Assembly: GCA_038231275.1 (NCBI GenBank)
Contig: JBBRLQ010000014.1
Location: forward strand, 162,274-226,273
Source: Polyangiales bacterium
GTDB taxonomy: Bacteria; Myxococcota_A; Polyangia; Polyangiales; Polyangiaceae
Length of the DNA stretch: 64,000 nt
Reading direction: 5' to 3'
The stretch's first letter is position 1, and each line of letters begins with the position of its first letter. Below, piece after piece: positions 48,662-58,788 of this stretch. Below the pieces are notes generated by a model. The model was not told the origin of the DNA and did not search any database. It worked only from the letters and a program-made list of their open reading frames with translations. The position numbers and the translations under genes were made by a program.

Positions 48662-49867
48662 ATGATCCACACCGATCCGAACGCGTACGTGCGCGAGCAG
48701 CTCCTCCGTGACGAGAAGCGGTGCGCGCCGTTTCGCGGCATCTTCCAGCACAAGCTCGCGCGCATGCGCCCGTCGCCGCTGGCGTTCCTACGCGGGGCGG
48801 CGCCGATGTTCTATTCGATCCTGCGCGATCACCCGGAGCTCGCGCGTGGCCCGCGTGGCGAGGGGTGGATCGCCGGGGATTTGCACCTCGAGAATTTCGG
48901 CGCGTACCGGCCAGGCTCGCCTCTGGAAGAGGAGAAGAAGAAGCACATCACGGCCGCGGCCTTCGATCTGAACGACTTCGACGACGCGGCGATCGGCCCT
49001 TGGTACGTCGACGTGCTTCGGCTCACCACGAGCGTCCTGCTGGCCGCGCGTGAGCTGCACGTCGGGGGTCTGCGCGCGCTCGAGCTCGCCGTCGCCGTGA
49101 TCGACGCGCACGTGGAGCACGCGTGCCGTGCGGGGAAGATGCCGCCGGTGCCCCTCCCGGTCGCCGCGCTCCTGGAGACGGTCCGCAGCCGGTCGCGCGT
49201 CGAGCTTCTCGACATGCGCACCCGCATCGTCCACGAAAAGCGCGAGTTCATTCGCGGCGCGCGCTACCGCGACGTGTCGCGGATCCTCCAGAAGCGCGCG
49301 GCGGCGGCGTTCGCGGGGTACGTGACGAAGCTCGAGAAGGAAGAGAAGAAGATCGATCGTGACCAGCTCCAGGTCCTCGACATGGCCTTCCGCGTCGCCG
49401 GCACCGGGAGCCTCGGCGGCCTGCGCATCGCCGTCCTCGTGAAGGGAAAGGGCGGGCCCAACGGCGCGTGGATCTTCGACATGAAGGAGCAAGGCACGCC
49501 GTCGGCCTCGGCGCTCGTGCACTGCGGCGATTTGAAGCGCGCAAAGCGCGTGGTCATGGCGATGCAGGCCTGCCTCGCGCGCCCGCCGCGGATGCTCGGC
49601 ACCACCAAGCTCGGAGATCTGTCGATGCTCGTCCGCCGCCTCGCCCCGCAGGAGGACAAGCTGCTCCTCTCGCGCCTCGCCGACGTGGATCTCCTCCCGC
49701 TCGCGCGCTACCTCGGCGCCCTCACCGGCGCCGCCCACCGCCGCGGCGCGACCAACATCCCCAAGAAGCCCTGGAGCGCCGGCGAGCGCAGCCGGATCGT
49801 CGACCACGCGATCACGCTCGCGGGCATCCACGAAGCCGCCTACCTCGCGATGTGCCGCTGGCGGTGA
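48662..49867 (+). CDS. DUF2252 family kinase-like protein
   Basis: SPLAFLRG, GDLHLENFG, FDLNDFDDA, AGTGSLG. Confidence 0.85.
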   Translation: MIHTDPNAYVREQLLRDEKRCAPFRGIFQHKLARMRPSPLAFLRGAAPMFYSILRDHPELARGPRGEGWIAGDLHLENFGAYRPGSPLEEEKKKHITAAAFDLNDFDDAAIGPWYVDVLRLTTSVLLAARELHVGGLRALELAVAVIDAHVEHACRAGKMPPVPLPVAALLETVRSRSRVELLDMRTRIVHEKREFIRGARYRDVSRILQKRAAAAFAGYVTKLEKEEKKIDRDQLQVLDMAFRVAGTGSLGGLRIAVLVKGKGGPNGAWIFDMKEQGTPSASALVHCGDLKRAKRVVMAMQACLARPPRMLGTTKLGDLSMLVRRLAPQEDKLLLSRLADVDLLPLARYLGALTGAAHRRGATNIPKKPWSAGERSRIVDHAITLAGIHEAAYLAMCRWR

Positions 49868-49894
49868 GCGAGTCGTCACCACGTCACGCGGTCG

Positions 49895-50488
49895 CTACGT
49901 GTCGAGCGTGCCTTTGGTCGACGGGATCCCCGTCGCGCGGGGGTCGATGCGGGTCGCCATGAGGAGCGCCTTGGCGAACGCCTTGAAGCAAATCTCGGTG
50001 ATGTGGTGCAGGTTCTGGCCGGCGTGGAGGACCATGTGCAGATTGCACGCAGCGCCGCGGGCGAAGCCCTCGAAGAAGACCTCGGCCAGCTCGGTGTCCC
50101 ACGCGCCGAGCTTGCCCTTCGGCATCGGCACCTCCCACACGAAGTAGGGGCGGCCCGACAGGTCGACCGCGCACGTCGCCCGCGCCTCGTCCATCGGCAG
50201 CGTCGCCGCGCCGTAGCGCACGAGGCCCGCCTTGTCGCCGAGCGCCGCCGCGAACGTCTGGCCCATGAGCACGCCGAGATCCTCGGTGGTGTGGTGACCG
50301 TCGATCTGGACGTCGCCCTTCGCCCGCACGACGAGATCGAAGAGCCCGTGCTTGCCGATCTGCTCGACCATGTGGGTCAAGAACGGCAAAGGGGTGTCGA
50401 TCGACGCGGTCCCGCCGCCATCGAGCTCCACGGACACCTCGATGTCCGTCTCCTTCGTTTTGCGCGCCAGGGTGGCGTGCCGGCCCAT
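49895..50488 (-). CDS. hisB: Imidazoleglycerol-phosphate dehydratase
   Basis: RKTKETDI, DGHHTTED, PMDEA, NLHHITE, PSTKG. Confidence 0.96.
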   Translation of the reverse strand: MGRHATLARKTKETDIEVSVELDGGGTASIDTPLPFLTHMVEQIGKHGLFDLVVRAKGDVQIDGHHTTEDLGVLMGQTFAAALGDKAGLVRYGAATLPMDEARATCAVDLSGRPYFVWEVPMPKGKLGAWDTELAEVFFEGFARGAACNLHMVLHAGQNLHHITEICFKAFAKALLMATRIDPRATGIPSTKGTLDT

Positions 50489-50544
50489 GCCCATCAGGTA
50501 CCACGCGCGCAGCCCGAGGCGCAAAAAGCGGGTATCGTCGAGGT

Positions 50545-51252
50545 GTGACCACCCGTGGTGAGCCGGCATCACCCCCCGACCTGACGACCGATCTCGGTCC
50601 CGAAGAGCGCGCGCGCCTCGTTCATCGGTTCGGCCGCCACTTCGCTGCGGGCGACGCGATCTTCCGCGAAGGGGAGCCGGCGCGGGAGGCGTTCCTTCTC
50701 CAGGAGGGGCGCGTGCGCCTCCTCAAGCGCGTCCGCCTCGTCGAGCGCAGCCTCATGGTCCTAAGGCCCGGCGATCTGTTCGGCGAGTCCGCGCTCCTCG
50801 AGGACGTCGTCCGCTCGTCCACCGCGGTCGCGCTCACCGACGGCATCGCCCTCGCGCTCGATCGCTCGACGTTCCGTCCGCTCCTCGAGAGCCATCCCTC
50901 GATCGCGACGCGCGTGACCGATCAGCTCATTCGCCGGGTGAGGGACGCCGAGGATCAAATCGAAATCATGCTGCTTCGCGACGCGCAGTCGAAGATCGTC
51001 GGCGCGCTCCTCAAGCTCGTCGGAAAGAACGAAGGCACCGCCGCGGAACTGAGCGTCAGCCCCGTCGAGCTCTCGACGCGCGTAGGCCTCGACGTCGACA
51101 CCGTGAAGCGCCAAGTGCAGCGCCTCCGCGACCAGCAGTACGTCCGCATCGTCGGCGAGCGGGTCGAAATCCCCGACCTCGACGCGCTTCGTCGCCTCTA
51201 CCTCCTGCTCGGCACGAAGGAAGAGCTCCGCGGTGAGGGCGGCGCCAAGTAG
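50545..51252 (+). CDS. Crp/Fnr family transcriptional regulator
   Basis: cNMP-binding domain (IFREGE, GDLFGE, RS) + C-terminal HTH. Confidence 0.88.
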   Translation: MTTRGEPASPPDLTTDLGPEERARLVHRFGRHFAAGDAIFREGEPAREAFLLQEGRVRLLKRVRLVERSLMVLRPGDLFGESALLEDVVRSSTAVALTDGIALALDRSTFRPLLESHPSIATRVTDQLIRRVRDAEDQIEIMLLRDAQSKIVGALLKLVGKNEGTAAELSVSPVELSTRVGLDVDTVKRQVQRLRDQQYVRIVGERVEIPDLDALRRLYLLLGTKEELRGEGGAK

Positions 51253-51532
51253 CGCGAACGAGGTCGTCTGACGCGAGGCGCTTTTCCGTTGCTGCTACAA
51301 GCAGATACGTAAGGACATTCATGTGAAGTGGAGGGTTCGGACCTTCGCTCACGCGGTCGAAAATGTCCCGAAATCCCGAGGCGCATCATGCGGTTATTCG
51401 GTGTCGGCCGAGGTCCGTTCTGCGTTGACGGCGTTGACGGTGTGCGTTACTCCCGTCTCCCCGTTTCGCTTTCGACCGCGGCAGTTGGGCGGTCACTGGC
51501 ACGCAGACGCGAACCTCTCTGCCACGACTGCC

Positions 51533-52423
51533 ATGAGCCCCCGCCATTCCCACACCCTTTCCCGATCCGTCCCGCGCCTCTCCGCGTGGGACACGACGCG
51601 CGTGCTCGTCACGCTCGCCGCGCTCGCGATGGGAGTCGGGGGAGCTGGCGCCTGTGGCGGAAAGGCGAGCGGCACCGGCGTGCACAGCCCCGAGCGCCAG
51701 AGCGAGAGCGAGTACGATCTCGCGGTCGACACGTACCACAAGCAGGACTACCGCCAGGCGCTCGACCACGTGCTCAAGGCCGTGGAGCTGAACGACGAGA
51801 ACGCCAAGGCCGCCAAGTTCGCCGCGGAGCTCTACGTCCTCTTCTGCGACAAGGGGGAGGACCTGTCCGGCCCCGACTGCCACATCAACTTGGCCGAGAA
51901 ATTGGCGCGCCAGGCGGTGAAGGCCGACGAGAAGTTCAACGACGCCAAGAACACGCTCGCCTCCATCTTCATCCTCGAGAAGAAGTACAAAGAGGCGATC
52001 GAGATCTACTCGGCCATCGTGAAGGACCCGACGTACGAGACGATGTACCTCGCCTGGGGCAACCTCGGCTGGGCGCAAGTCCAGGCCGGCCAGCTCGACG
52101 AGGGCATCCGCTCGCTGAAGAACGCCACCACCGAGCCGCGCTTCTGCGTCGGCTTCTACCGGCTCGGCGTCGCGTACGAGAAGAAGGGCGAGAACCAAGC
52201 GGCCCTCGCCTCGTACACCCAGGCCCTCGGCAACGAGGCCTGCCAGAAGTTGCAGGATGGTTTCGCGGGGCGCGCACGGGTCGAGCTGTCGCTCGGCAAG
52301 GCGCAGGACGCCCGCGCCGATCTCGAGAAGTGCAAAGAGATCGCCGCAGAGTCCAAGGCCGGCAAGGCGTGCAGCAAAGAGCTCGCGCGCGTCGTGGCGG
52401 CGAATCCGACGAGTGCGCAGTAG
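51533..52423 (+). CDS. TPR lipoprotein, Tgl/PilF-like pilotin
   Basis: GAC lipobox, TPRs, DPTY...AWGNLGWA, PRFCVG. Confidence 0.75.
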   Translation: MSPRHSHTLSRSVPRLSAWDTTRVLVTLAALAMGVGGAGACGGKASGTGVHSPERQSESEYDLAVDTYHKQDYRQALDHVLKAVELNDENAKAAKFAAELYVLFCDKGEDLSGPDCHINLAEKLARQAVKADEKFNDAKNTLASIFILEKKYKEAIEIYSAIVKDPTYETMYLAWGNLGWAQVQAGQLDEGIRSLKNATTEPRFCVGFYRLGVAYEKKGENQAALASYTQALGNEACQKLQDGFAGRARVELSLGKAQDARADLEKCKEIAAESKAGKACSKELARVVAANPTSAQ

Positions 52424-52463
52424 TAGCCGCAGCGGCAGTAGCAGATACGGAACGGGAGGACAC

Positions 52464-52916
52464 GTGACCGAGACAGTCGGCAGTTTGCTGAAGCAGAAGA
52501 GGGAGAGCCGGAACATGAGCGTCGCGGAAGTGTCCCGCGTGACGCGCATCCCGGCTCCCGCGCTGGAGTCCATCGAGGCCGATCGCTTCGACGATCTCCC
52601 TGGCGAGGTGTTCGTTCGCGGCTTCTTGCGCTCCTACGCGCAGGCCGTGGGCGTCTTGCCGCAGGAGGCGCTGGCCCGGTACACCGCGAGCCGTCGCGTC
52701 GCGTTCGTCACGCCGCTGCCGGTGTCGTCGCCCGTCCAGAACGCGCGCAAGGAGAACCGCGGACGCTTCGGCGTCGCGATTGCGTTCGTGCTCCTCCTCA
52801 TCTTGTTCACGCTCGCGATCTCGATCGTCCTGAAGCCGCGCGGGCACGACATGCCGCCGGAGCTGAGCGGCCTCCCGCGCGGCGCCGAGCGCGCCCTTGA
52901 AGCGCATCACGTCTGA
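52464..52916 (+). CDS. Short RodZ-like HTH membrane protein
   Basis: TRI...LESIE...LPGEVFVRGFLRSYA; single TM; SD GGAGG. Confidence 0.82.
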   Translation: MTETVGSLLKQKRESRNMSVAEVSRVTRIPAPALESIEADRFDDLPGEVFVRGFLRSYAQAVGVLPQEALARYTASRRVAFVTPLPVSSPVQNARKENRGRFGVAIAFVLLLILFTLAISIVLKPRGHDMPPELSGLPRGAERALEAHHV

Positions 52917-53595
52917 CGCCCTGCTCGTTCGGAGTGTCCCGTACGGGGAGACCGATCTCATCGTCCAGCTCCTCACGGAGTCGGACGGTCGCCTCGGGGC
53001 GATCGTGCGCGGCGGGCGAAAATCGCAGAAGCGTGTGGGCGGCGCGATGGAACCGTTTCACACCATTCGCGTCGAGCTCGAAGACAAGGGTCGCGAGCTC
53101 GCGACACTGAAGGAAGCGCGCTTGTCGCGCATTCGCACCGGGATCGCGACGAGCCTCGAATCGCTCGACGCGGCGGGAGCGGCGCTGCGGTGGGCCCGGC
53201 AGCTTTGTCCGCCCCGGACGCCCGAGCCGGCGGCGTGGTCGACGCTCACGCATTTGCTCGACGCGCTCGACGGGGGCGTGGCGCACCCGCAAGTGGAGCT
53301 CGCAGCGGCGGGGCTGTGGCTGCTCGCCGACGTGGGCTACGCGCTGGATCTCGATCGGTGCGTGGGATGCGGAAAGGCGCGGCCGGCGGGTCGCCCGGCG
53401 TACGTCGACGCGGCGCGCGGCGGGATCGTGTGCACGTCGTGCGGGGGCGCGAGGCGGCTGGTCGACGCGGAGCTGATCGACGTCGCGCGCGCCGCACAGG
53501 CAGGGGACGGCTCGCAGATCACGCAGGCCCACGCGGCGAAGATCCTCGCGATCGTCGAAGAGGCGATGGGCGCCCACGCGGGGATCGAGGCATGA
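52897..53595 (+). CDS. recO: DNA repair protein RecO
   Basis: YGETDLIV, RGGRKS, EPF; CVGC/CTSC zinc finger. Confidence 0.88.
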   Translation: MKRITSDALLVRSVPYGETDLIVQLLTESDGRLGAIVRGGRKSQKRVGGAMEPFHTIRVELEDKGRELATLKEARLSRIRTGIATSLESLDAAGAALRWARQLCPPRTPEPAAWSTLTHLLDALDGGVAHPQVELAAAGLWLLADVGYALDLDRCVGCGKARPAGRPAYVDAARGGIVCTSCGGARRLVDAELIDVARAAQAGDGSQITQAHAAKILAIVEEAMGAHAGIEA

Positions 53596-54446
53596 CGCGC
53601 GGCGCGACGCACGACGTGGTGTGCGGCGGGGAGCTGCTCTGGGACTTTTTCGAAGAGCGCCCTTCCGTGTACCGAAGGTGCACGGGCGGCGCGTCGGCGA
53701 ACGGCGCGATCGTCCTCGCGCGGCTCGGGGTCGACGTCGCGGTCGTGGGAGGCGTGGGCGACGACGCGCTCGGCGAGGCGCTGCGATCGGCGATCGCGCG
53801 TGAAGGCGTCGACGCCCGGGGGATCGCCACGACGAGGCCGGCCACGGGGATCGTGATCAAGACGAGTGGCCGCTTTTCACCGTACCGAAGCGAGGTCGCC
53901 GTCGATGCCTCGTCCGTGCGCGCGCGATGGGGTTTGATCGGATCGATGATGCCGAAGGTGACGGGCCTCCGCGTGGAGAGCGTCGCGGTGGATCTGAATG
54001 TGCGGCCGCGCTTGTGGCCGACCAAGGCCAAGATGCGTGCGGCGGCGACGGCGCTCCTCAGGACCGCAGCGATCGTGAAGACATCGGACAACGATCTGAC
54101 GCGCCTCCTGGGCTCGGAGCGCGCGGGCCTCGCCTGGCTTCGGCGCGTCGCGCCCGACGCGGTCGTGCTGGTGACGCGCGCAGCAGAGCCGGCGTCGGCG
54201 CTCGGGCCTTGGGGGCGGCTCGACGTTCCGGCGCGACGGGCGCGCGTGCGGGAATCGACCGGGGCCGGCGACGCGTTTCTTGCGGGGGCCCTCGCGGTCG
54301 TGGTTCGCGCCGGCCCGAAGTGGCGCATGCCCGAGGTTTTGACGCGCGCGCTCGAGATGGGCCATAGATTGGGGGCGAAAGCCGCCTCCCGCACCGGCGC
54401 GGTGACCGGCATCACGCATCTGGAGAAGCTCCCGTGGCCACAGTAG
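53592..54446 (+). CDS. PfkB family carbohydrate kinase
   Basis: GGASAN, VGDDALG, DLNVRPRLW, STGAGDAF. Confidence 0.88.
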   Translation: MTRGATHDVVCGGELLWDFFEERPSVYRRCTGGASANGAIVLARLGVDVAVVGGVGDDALGEALRSAIAREGVDARGIATTRPATGIVIKTSGRFSPYRSEVAVDASSVRARWGLIGSMMPKVTGLRVESVAVDLNVRPRLWPTKAKMRAAATALLRTAAIVKTSDNDLTRLLGSERAGLAWLRRVAPDAVVLVTRAAEPASALGPWGRLDVPARRARVRESTGAGDAFLAGALAVVVRAGPKWRMPEVLTRALEMGHRLGAKAASRTGAVTGITHLEKLPWPQ

Positions 54447-54796
54447 ACCCCAAGACGCGCTGCGTCGCCGTTCGATCCCCGCGCGGCGGACAGGTGACCG
54501 AGATCGAGTGGGGCGACGGCCACAAGGGCGTCTACCCGCACACGATCCTGCGCGGGTATTGTCCGTGCGCCGGCTGCCAAGGGCACGAGGGGACGATCAA
54601 GTTCGTGTCGCCGACCGCCGCGCAGCTCGACCTCGACGAGATCGAGCCGGTCGGCAACTACGCCCTCTCCTTCAAGTGGTTCGACGGGCACAGCAGCGGC
54701 ATCTACTCGTACCGCTACCTCCGCGCGCTCTGCCACTGCGACGAGTGTCGCCCGGGCGCGACGAAGGACGATCGCGGCGAGCTCCCGCGGCAATGA
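54434..54796 (+). CDS. DUF971 (GBBH-like N-terminal) protein
   Basis: LRGYCPCAGC, VGNYAL, DGHSSGIY. Confidence 0.88.
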   Translation: MATVDPKTRCVAVRSPRGGQVTEIEWGDGHKGVYPHTILRGYCPCAGCQGHEGTIKFVSPTAAQLDLDEIEPVGNYALSFKWFDGHSSGIYSYRYLRALCHCDECRPGATKDDRGELPRQ

Positions 54797-56394
54797 CGGT
54801 GACGCGCGGCGCAGAGGAGCGCGGCAAGCTCGCGCGTCGCGCAGGCGTCGTCGGCCTAGGCACGCTTTTGTCGCGCCTCCTCGGCCTCGGTCGCGACGTC
54901 TCGCTCGCCGCCATCTTCACGCGCGACGAGACCGACGCATTCTTTGTCGCCTTCACGCTGCCCAACATGCTCCGTCAGATCCTGGGCGAAGGTGCGGTGT
55001 CGAGCGCCGTGGTGCCCGTGCTGAGCGCGACGCTCGAGAAGGACGGTGACGAAGCAGGTCGCGCCTTCTTCGCGCGGATGCGCGGCCTGTCGCTCCTCGC
55101 GCTCCTCGTCGCGACCGTGCTCGGCATGCTCTTCGCGCGGCCTCTCTGCGAGCTCTTCGCGTCCGGCTACCACGCGAGGGAAGGGGAGTTCGAGCGGACC
55201 GTGGCGCTGACCCGCGTGGTCTTTCCGTACATCTTCTTCATGGGCAGCGCGGCGCTCGGAATGGCGGCGCTGAATGCGAAGAAGCGCTTCGCAGTGGCGG
55301 CGTTCGCGCCAGGTCTCTTGAACGTGGCGCTTGTCGCAGCGACATTCACCCTGCCCGCGGTGCTCGCGGCGCGCGGGATCGATCGCGTTCAGGCGCTCGC
55401 GATCGGCGCGCTCGTCGGCGGCGTCTTGCAAGTGGTCGCGCAGTGGCCCGCGCTGAAGCAGATCGGCTACTTCGTGCGGCCGGTGCTCGACCTCTCGGAC
55501 GCGCGCGTGAAGGACGCGCTGCGCCGCCTCGGGCCCGTCGCGATCGGCATCGGCATCTACTACGTGGATCTGGCGATTTCGCGCCGATTTCTGAGCGAGC
55601 TCGGCACCGGCGCGCAGAGCTATTTCACGTGGGCGATGCGCCTCTGCGACTTTCCGCAGGGCATCTTCGTGATGGCGCTGTCGACGGCGGCGCTCCCGTC
55701 GCTCTCGGCGCTCGCCGCGAAGGGGGACATCGAGGAGGTCACCGAGACGTTCGCGCACGGCCTGCGGCTGGCGCTCTTCGTGGCGCTGCCGGCGAGCGTC
55801 GCGCTCGTGATGCTGGGGCCGCCGGTCGTGTCGGCGCTCTTCGAGCGCGGCGAATTCGATCCGATCTCGACGCGCGAGACGGCGCGCGCGCTGGCGTGGC
55901 AGGGTGGCGCGATCTGGACGGTGTCCGCCGTGCGTCAGACGGTGCCGGTGTTCCACGCGCTCGGCGACACACGGACGCCGGTGATCGTGAGCGGGATCGA
56001 TCTGATCGCCTTCATCGCGCTCGCGGTGGGGCTTCGTGGGCCGATGGGGCACGTCGGCGTCAGCGTCGCGGTCGCCGGCTCGAGCGCGGTCCAGATGCTC
56101 CTCCTCTTGATCCTCCTCCGCCGTCGCCTCGGCGCGATCCGCGGGCGCGCGCTCTTCGGCTCGTTCGCGCGCACGACGGCGGCGGCGCTCGTCGGCGGCG
56201 TCGCGGGGTGGTCGGTCGCGCGTCTCCTCGAGGCTCCGGCCGGAGCGGGAGCCTTCGCGCGCGCGGTGCCCGGAGTCCTCGGCGGCGTCGTCTTCGTGGC
56301 GATCTTCCTCCTCGCGGCCTATGGTGCGGGCGCGCCGGAGCTCGAAATCCTGGCGCGGGCGGTCCGTCGCAGGGCACGAGGAGCGAAGACGTGA
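54793..56394 (+). CDS. murJ: Lipid II flippase
   Basis: SRLLGLGRD, DAFFVAF-x-LPN..R..GEGA, LFERGEF, DTRTP. Confidence 0.93.
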   Translation: MTVTRGAEERGKLARRAGVVGLGTLLSRLLGLGRDVSLAAIFTRDETDAFFVAFTLPNMLRQILGEGAVSSAVVPVLSATLEKDGDEAGRAFFARMRGLSLLALLVATVLGMLFARPLCELFASGYHAREGEFERTVALTRVVFPYIFFMGSAALGMAALNAKKRFAVAAFAPGLLNVALVAATFTLPAVLAARGIDRVQALAIGALVGGVLQVVAQWPALKQIGYFVRPVLDLSDARVKDALRRLGPVAIGIGIYYVDLAISRRFLSELGTGAQSYFTWAMRLCDFPQGIFVMALSTAALPSLSALAAKGDIEEVTETFAHGLRLALFVALPASVALVMLGPPVVSALFERGEFDPISTRETARALAWQGGAIWTVSAVRQTVPVFHALGDTRTPVIVSGIDLIAFIALAVGLRGPMGHVGVSVAVAGSSAVQMLLLLILLRRRLGAIRGRALFGSFARTTAAALVGGVAGWSVARLLEAPAGAGAFARAVPGVLGGVVFVAIFLLAAYGAGAPELEILARAVRRRARGAKT

Positions 56395-57014
56395 ACGAAG
56401 AAGAGACGAAGATCGTCAGCGCAGAGTTCGTCGCCGGCGCGCCGAGTGTCGACAAGCTGCCTGCACCTGCGCTCGCGGAGATCGCCTTCGCGGGCCGCTC
56501 GAATGTCGGAAAATCAAGCTTGATGAACGCGCTCATGGCCCGCAAGGGCCTCGTGCGTGCGAGCAACACGCCGGGCCGCACGCGCGAGATCAACGTCTTC
56601 CTCGCCAAGTCGAAGGACGGCCTCGCGCTCCACCTCGTGGACTTGCCCGGCTACGGCTACGCGAAGGTCAGCAAGACCGAGAAAAAATCGTGGGGCCCGA
56701 TGATGGAGGGCTACCTCGCCTCGCGCACGACGCTGCGCGCGATCGTGCTCCTCGTCGACATACGGCGCGGCGTCGAGGAAGACGATCTCGAGCTCGTCAC
56801 CTACGTGAACGCGGCGCGCAAGCGGAGCGTCGAAGAGAACAAGAAAGTCACGCTCATCGTCGTCGCGACGAAGCTCGACAAGCTGGCGCTGGCGAAGCAG
56901 AAGCCCGCGGTGCAGGAGATCAAGAACGCGTCGAAGCTCCCGGTGCTCGGCTTCTCGGCGGTCACCAGCGCGGGGCGTGCCGAGCTCTGGACGAGGATTC
57001 GCGCGGCGCTTTGA
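56391..57014 (+). CDS. yihA: Ribosome-biogenesis GTPase YihA/EngB
   Basis: GRSNVGKS, PGRT, DLPGYG, TKLD. Confidence 0.94.
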   Translation: MNEEETKIVSAEFVAGAPSVDKLPAPALAEIAFAGRSNVGKSSLMNALMARKGLVRASNTPGRTREINVFLAKSKDGLALHLVDLPGYGYAKVSKTEKKSWGPMMEGYLASRTTLRAIVLLVDIRRGVEEDDLELVTYVNAARKRSVEENKKVTLIVVATKLDKLALAKQKPAVQEIKNASKLPVLGFSAVTSAGRAELWTRIRAAL

Positions 57015-57684
57015 ACCTGACGGCGGTCAGCATCTGCCCAACGAGCGCGCCGAGGAGCGCAAGCACGACGAGCGGCGCGATGTGGCCGACGAGGACGTGC
57101 GCCGGGCCGGTGATCGGGCACCATAGATCGACGAGCGATCCCGCGAGCGCTCCGATCGCCACCCCCCGCGCGGCGCCTCCCGACGCGGCTGCCCGCGGGT
57201 TGCGTTCTCTCCCGACGTACGCCAGCGCCACGAGCGGGAACGCCGCCATGGCGATCGTGAACGACAGACACTTGAGGCCCGGCCGCGCCGGGACCCAGGC
57301 GAGCGCGGTCGGCATCTGCAGGTGACAGAGCAGCATCCACGCGAAGAGGGCCGCCGGCGTGAGCACGCACAAGGAGAGGAGCCACGCGCGCCGTCGACCG
57401 AGCATCGTCGGTCGTGTGAAGGCGAGCCACGTCGCCGTCGCCGCGATCGCCGTCCATCCCAGGAACGTCCCGGCGACGAAGAGGGGAGATCGCTCGGGCA
57501 CGCCGTGCCGCGCGTCTCCGAAGTGAACGCCGCCCATCCACCCGGAGAAGATCGCCAGAGCGATGACCACCCCCGTGATCGCCACGAGGAAGACACGCGC
57601 GCGCGTGACGGGGCGCGTCGGCGCGGCCTCGAGCGCGGCGGCGCGGAGGACGCGTGCCTTCAGTCGTGCGGACGCGCCCTTCAC
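56962..57684 (-). CDS. NrsF/DUF1109-like membrane anti-sigma factor
   Basis: Multi-TM; KC, WCP and H-x3-GH motifs; GTG overlaps the ECF stop. Confidence 0.75.
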   Translation of the reverse strand: MKGASARLKARVLRAAALEAAPTRPVTRARVFLVAITGVVIALAIFSGWMGGVHFGDARHGVPERSPLFVAGTFLGWTAIAATATWLAFTRPTMLGRRRAWLLSLCVLTPAALFAWMLLCHLQMPTALAWVPARPGLKCLSFTIAMAAFPLVALAYVGRERNPRAAASGGAARGVAIGALAGSLVDLWCPITGPAHVLVGHIAPLVVLALLGALVGQMLTAVRFKAPRESSSRARHAPRW

Positions 57685-58352
57685 GGCGCCCTCGCGCTGC
57701 GCCGCGCGTCCCCCGAAACGTCCCCGAGCGCCGCACGAAGCGCCTCCGACGCGCGGAACACGCGGACCTTCACCGCGTTCGGCGACGTCTCCAGCAGTTC
57801 GGCGACGTCGGCGAGCGAGAGCCCGTCGAGACGCACCAGCTCGAACGCCACCCGCAACCCCTCGGGCATTCGCGAGAGCTCGGCGTGCGCGCGCGCGGCG
57901 GTCTCTCGCGCCTGGAAGATCTGATCGGCCCATGGCGCCGGCGAAGGGAGAGGTGAGCCGACCACGTCCGCGTCGACCGCGATGGGCACTTGTCGCCGGT
58001 TCTTGCGCCCCGCGTCGATCACGAGCCGCCGCGCGATCGCGAACGCCCATGGCACGACGCGCGCGCCGGGCAGAAAGCTCGCGCGTCCGGTGACGAGGTG
58101 CAAAAGCGTCTGTTGGAGGAGATCCTCCGCCGCGCGCTCGTCGCGAAGCTGACGTCGCAAGAACGCCATCAGACGCGGGGCGAGCGCGTCGTACACCGCC
58201 TCGAACGCCGCCTCGTCGCCGTTCGCGTAGCGGTCCATGGCCCGATCGGCGCTCGTGGCGAGCCCCGCCGCCGCGATTGGTCCTCTCGCCACCGCGGGCC
58301 CGCCGTTTCCCGCGGCGAGCCCTCGGAAGTCGGGCAGGTGTCGTGCGTTCAT
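57681..58352 (-). CDS. ECF sigma factor
   Basis: GDEAAF, AEDLLQQT, WAFAIAR, region 4 (NAVKVRVFRA); start may instead be ATG 58238. Confidence 0.88.
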   Translation of the reverse strand: MNARHLPDFRGLAAGNGGPAVARGPIAAAGLATSADRAMDRYANGDEAAFEAVYDALAPRLMAFLRRQLRDERAAEDLLQQTLLHLVTGRASFLPGARVVPWAFAIARRLVIDAGRKNRRQVPIAVDADVVGSPLPSPAPWADQIFQARETAARAHAELSRMPEGLRVAFELVRLDGLSLADVAELLETSPNAVKVRVFRASEALRAALGDVSGDARRSARAP

Positions 58353-58556
58353 CGGCGTCGTGTCCTCGGTCCGGATTCCCCCCGGCCCTGACGGGTAGAG
58401 AGCGCGGATTCCGGTTTGTGAACTCCGAGAGCGAAAAAAGTGACCCGCCTCCTTCGCCCTCCCTCCGCCTGCGCCCCAGCAAGGCGACCCCGAGAGCGGC
58501 CCCGCGCGGGGTGCTTGAAAGCGCTCTGGGGCTGAGGTACACCCGTTCGGTCGCTG

Positions 58557-58628
58557 GGGCGCATAACTCAGCGGTAGAGTGCGTCCTTCACACGGACGAA
58601 GTCGCAGGTTCAAATCCTGCTGCGCCCA
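58557..58628 (+). tRNA. tRNA-Val(CAC)
   Basis: GGGCGCA/TGCGCCC acceptor stem, CGTCC-TTCACAC-GGACG anticodon arm, GGTTCAAATCC T-arm; TTGAAA-17-TACACC upstream. Confidence 0.96.
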
Positions 58629-58788
58629 CCGGTTGTCCGAGAGTCATCGACTAGGCACGCGCGCTGGCGTGACCTGTTCCAGCTGACGGCGTGCGCCGCG
58701 AGCTTCCGCCGGGTCGGCCGCGGATGAATCGAGAGCCGAATCGAGCTCCGGACCGCATCTTCGGCACCCGCTCGCTCGTCGTGGAGGC

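Noticed and set aside
51497..51511. TGGCACG upstream of the tgl-like gene as a sigma54 promoter
   Set aside because: GG-to-GC spacing is 9 rather than the required 10, and there is no TTGC
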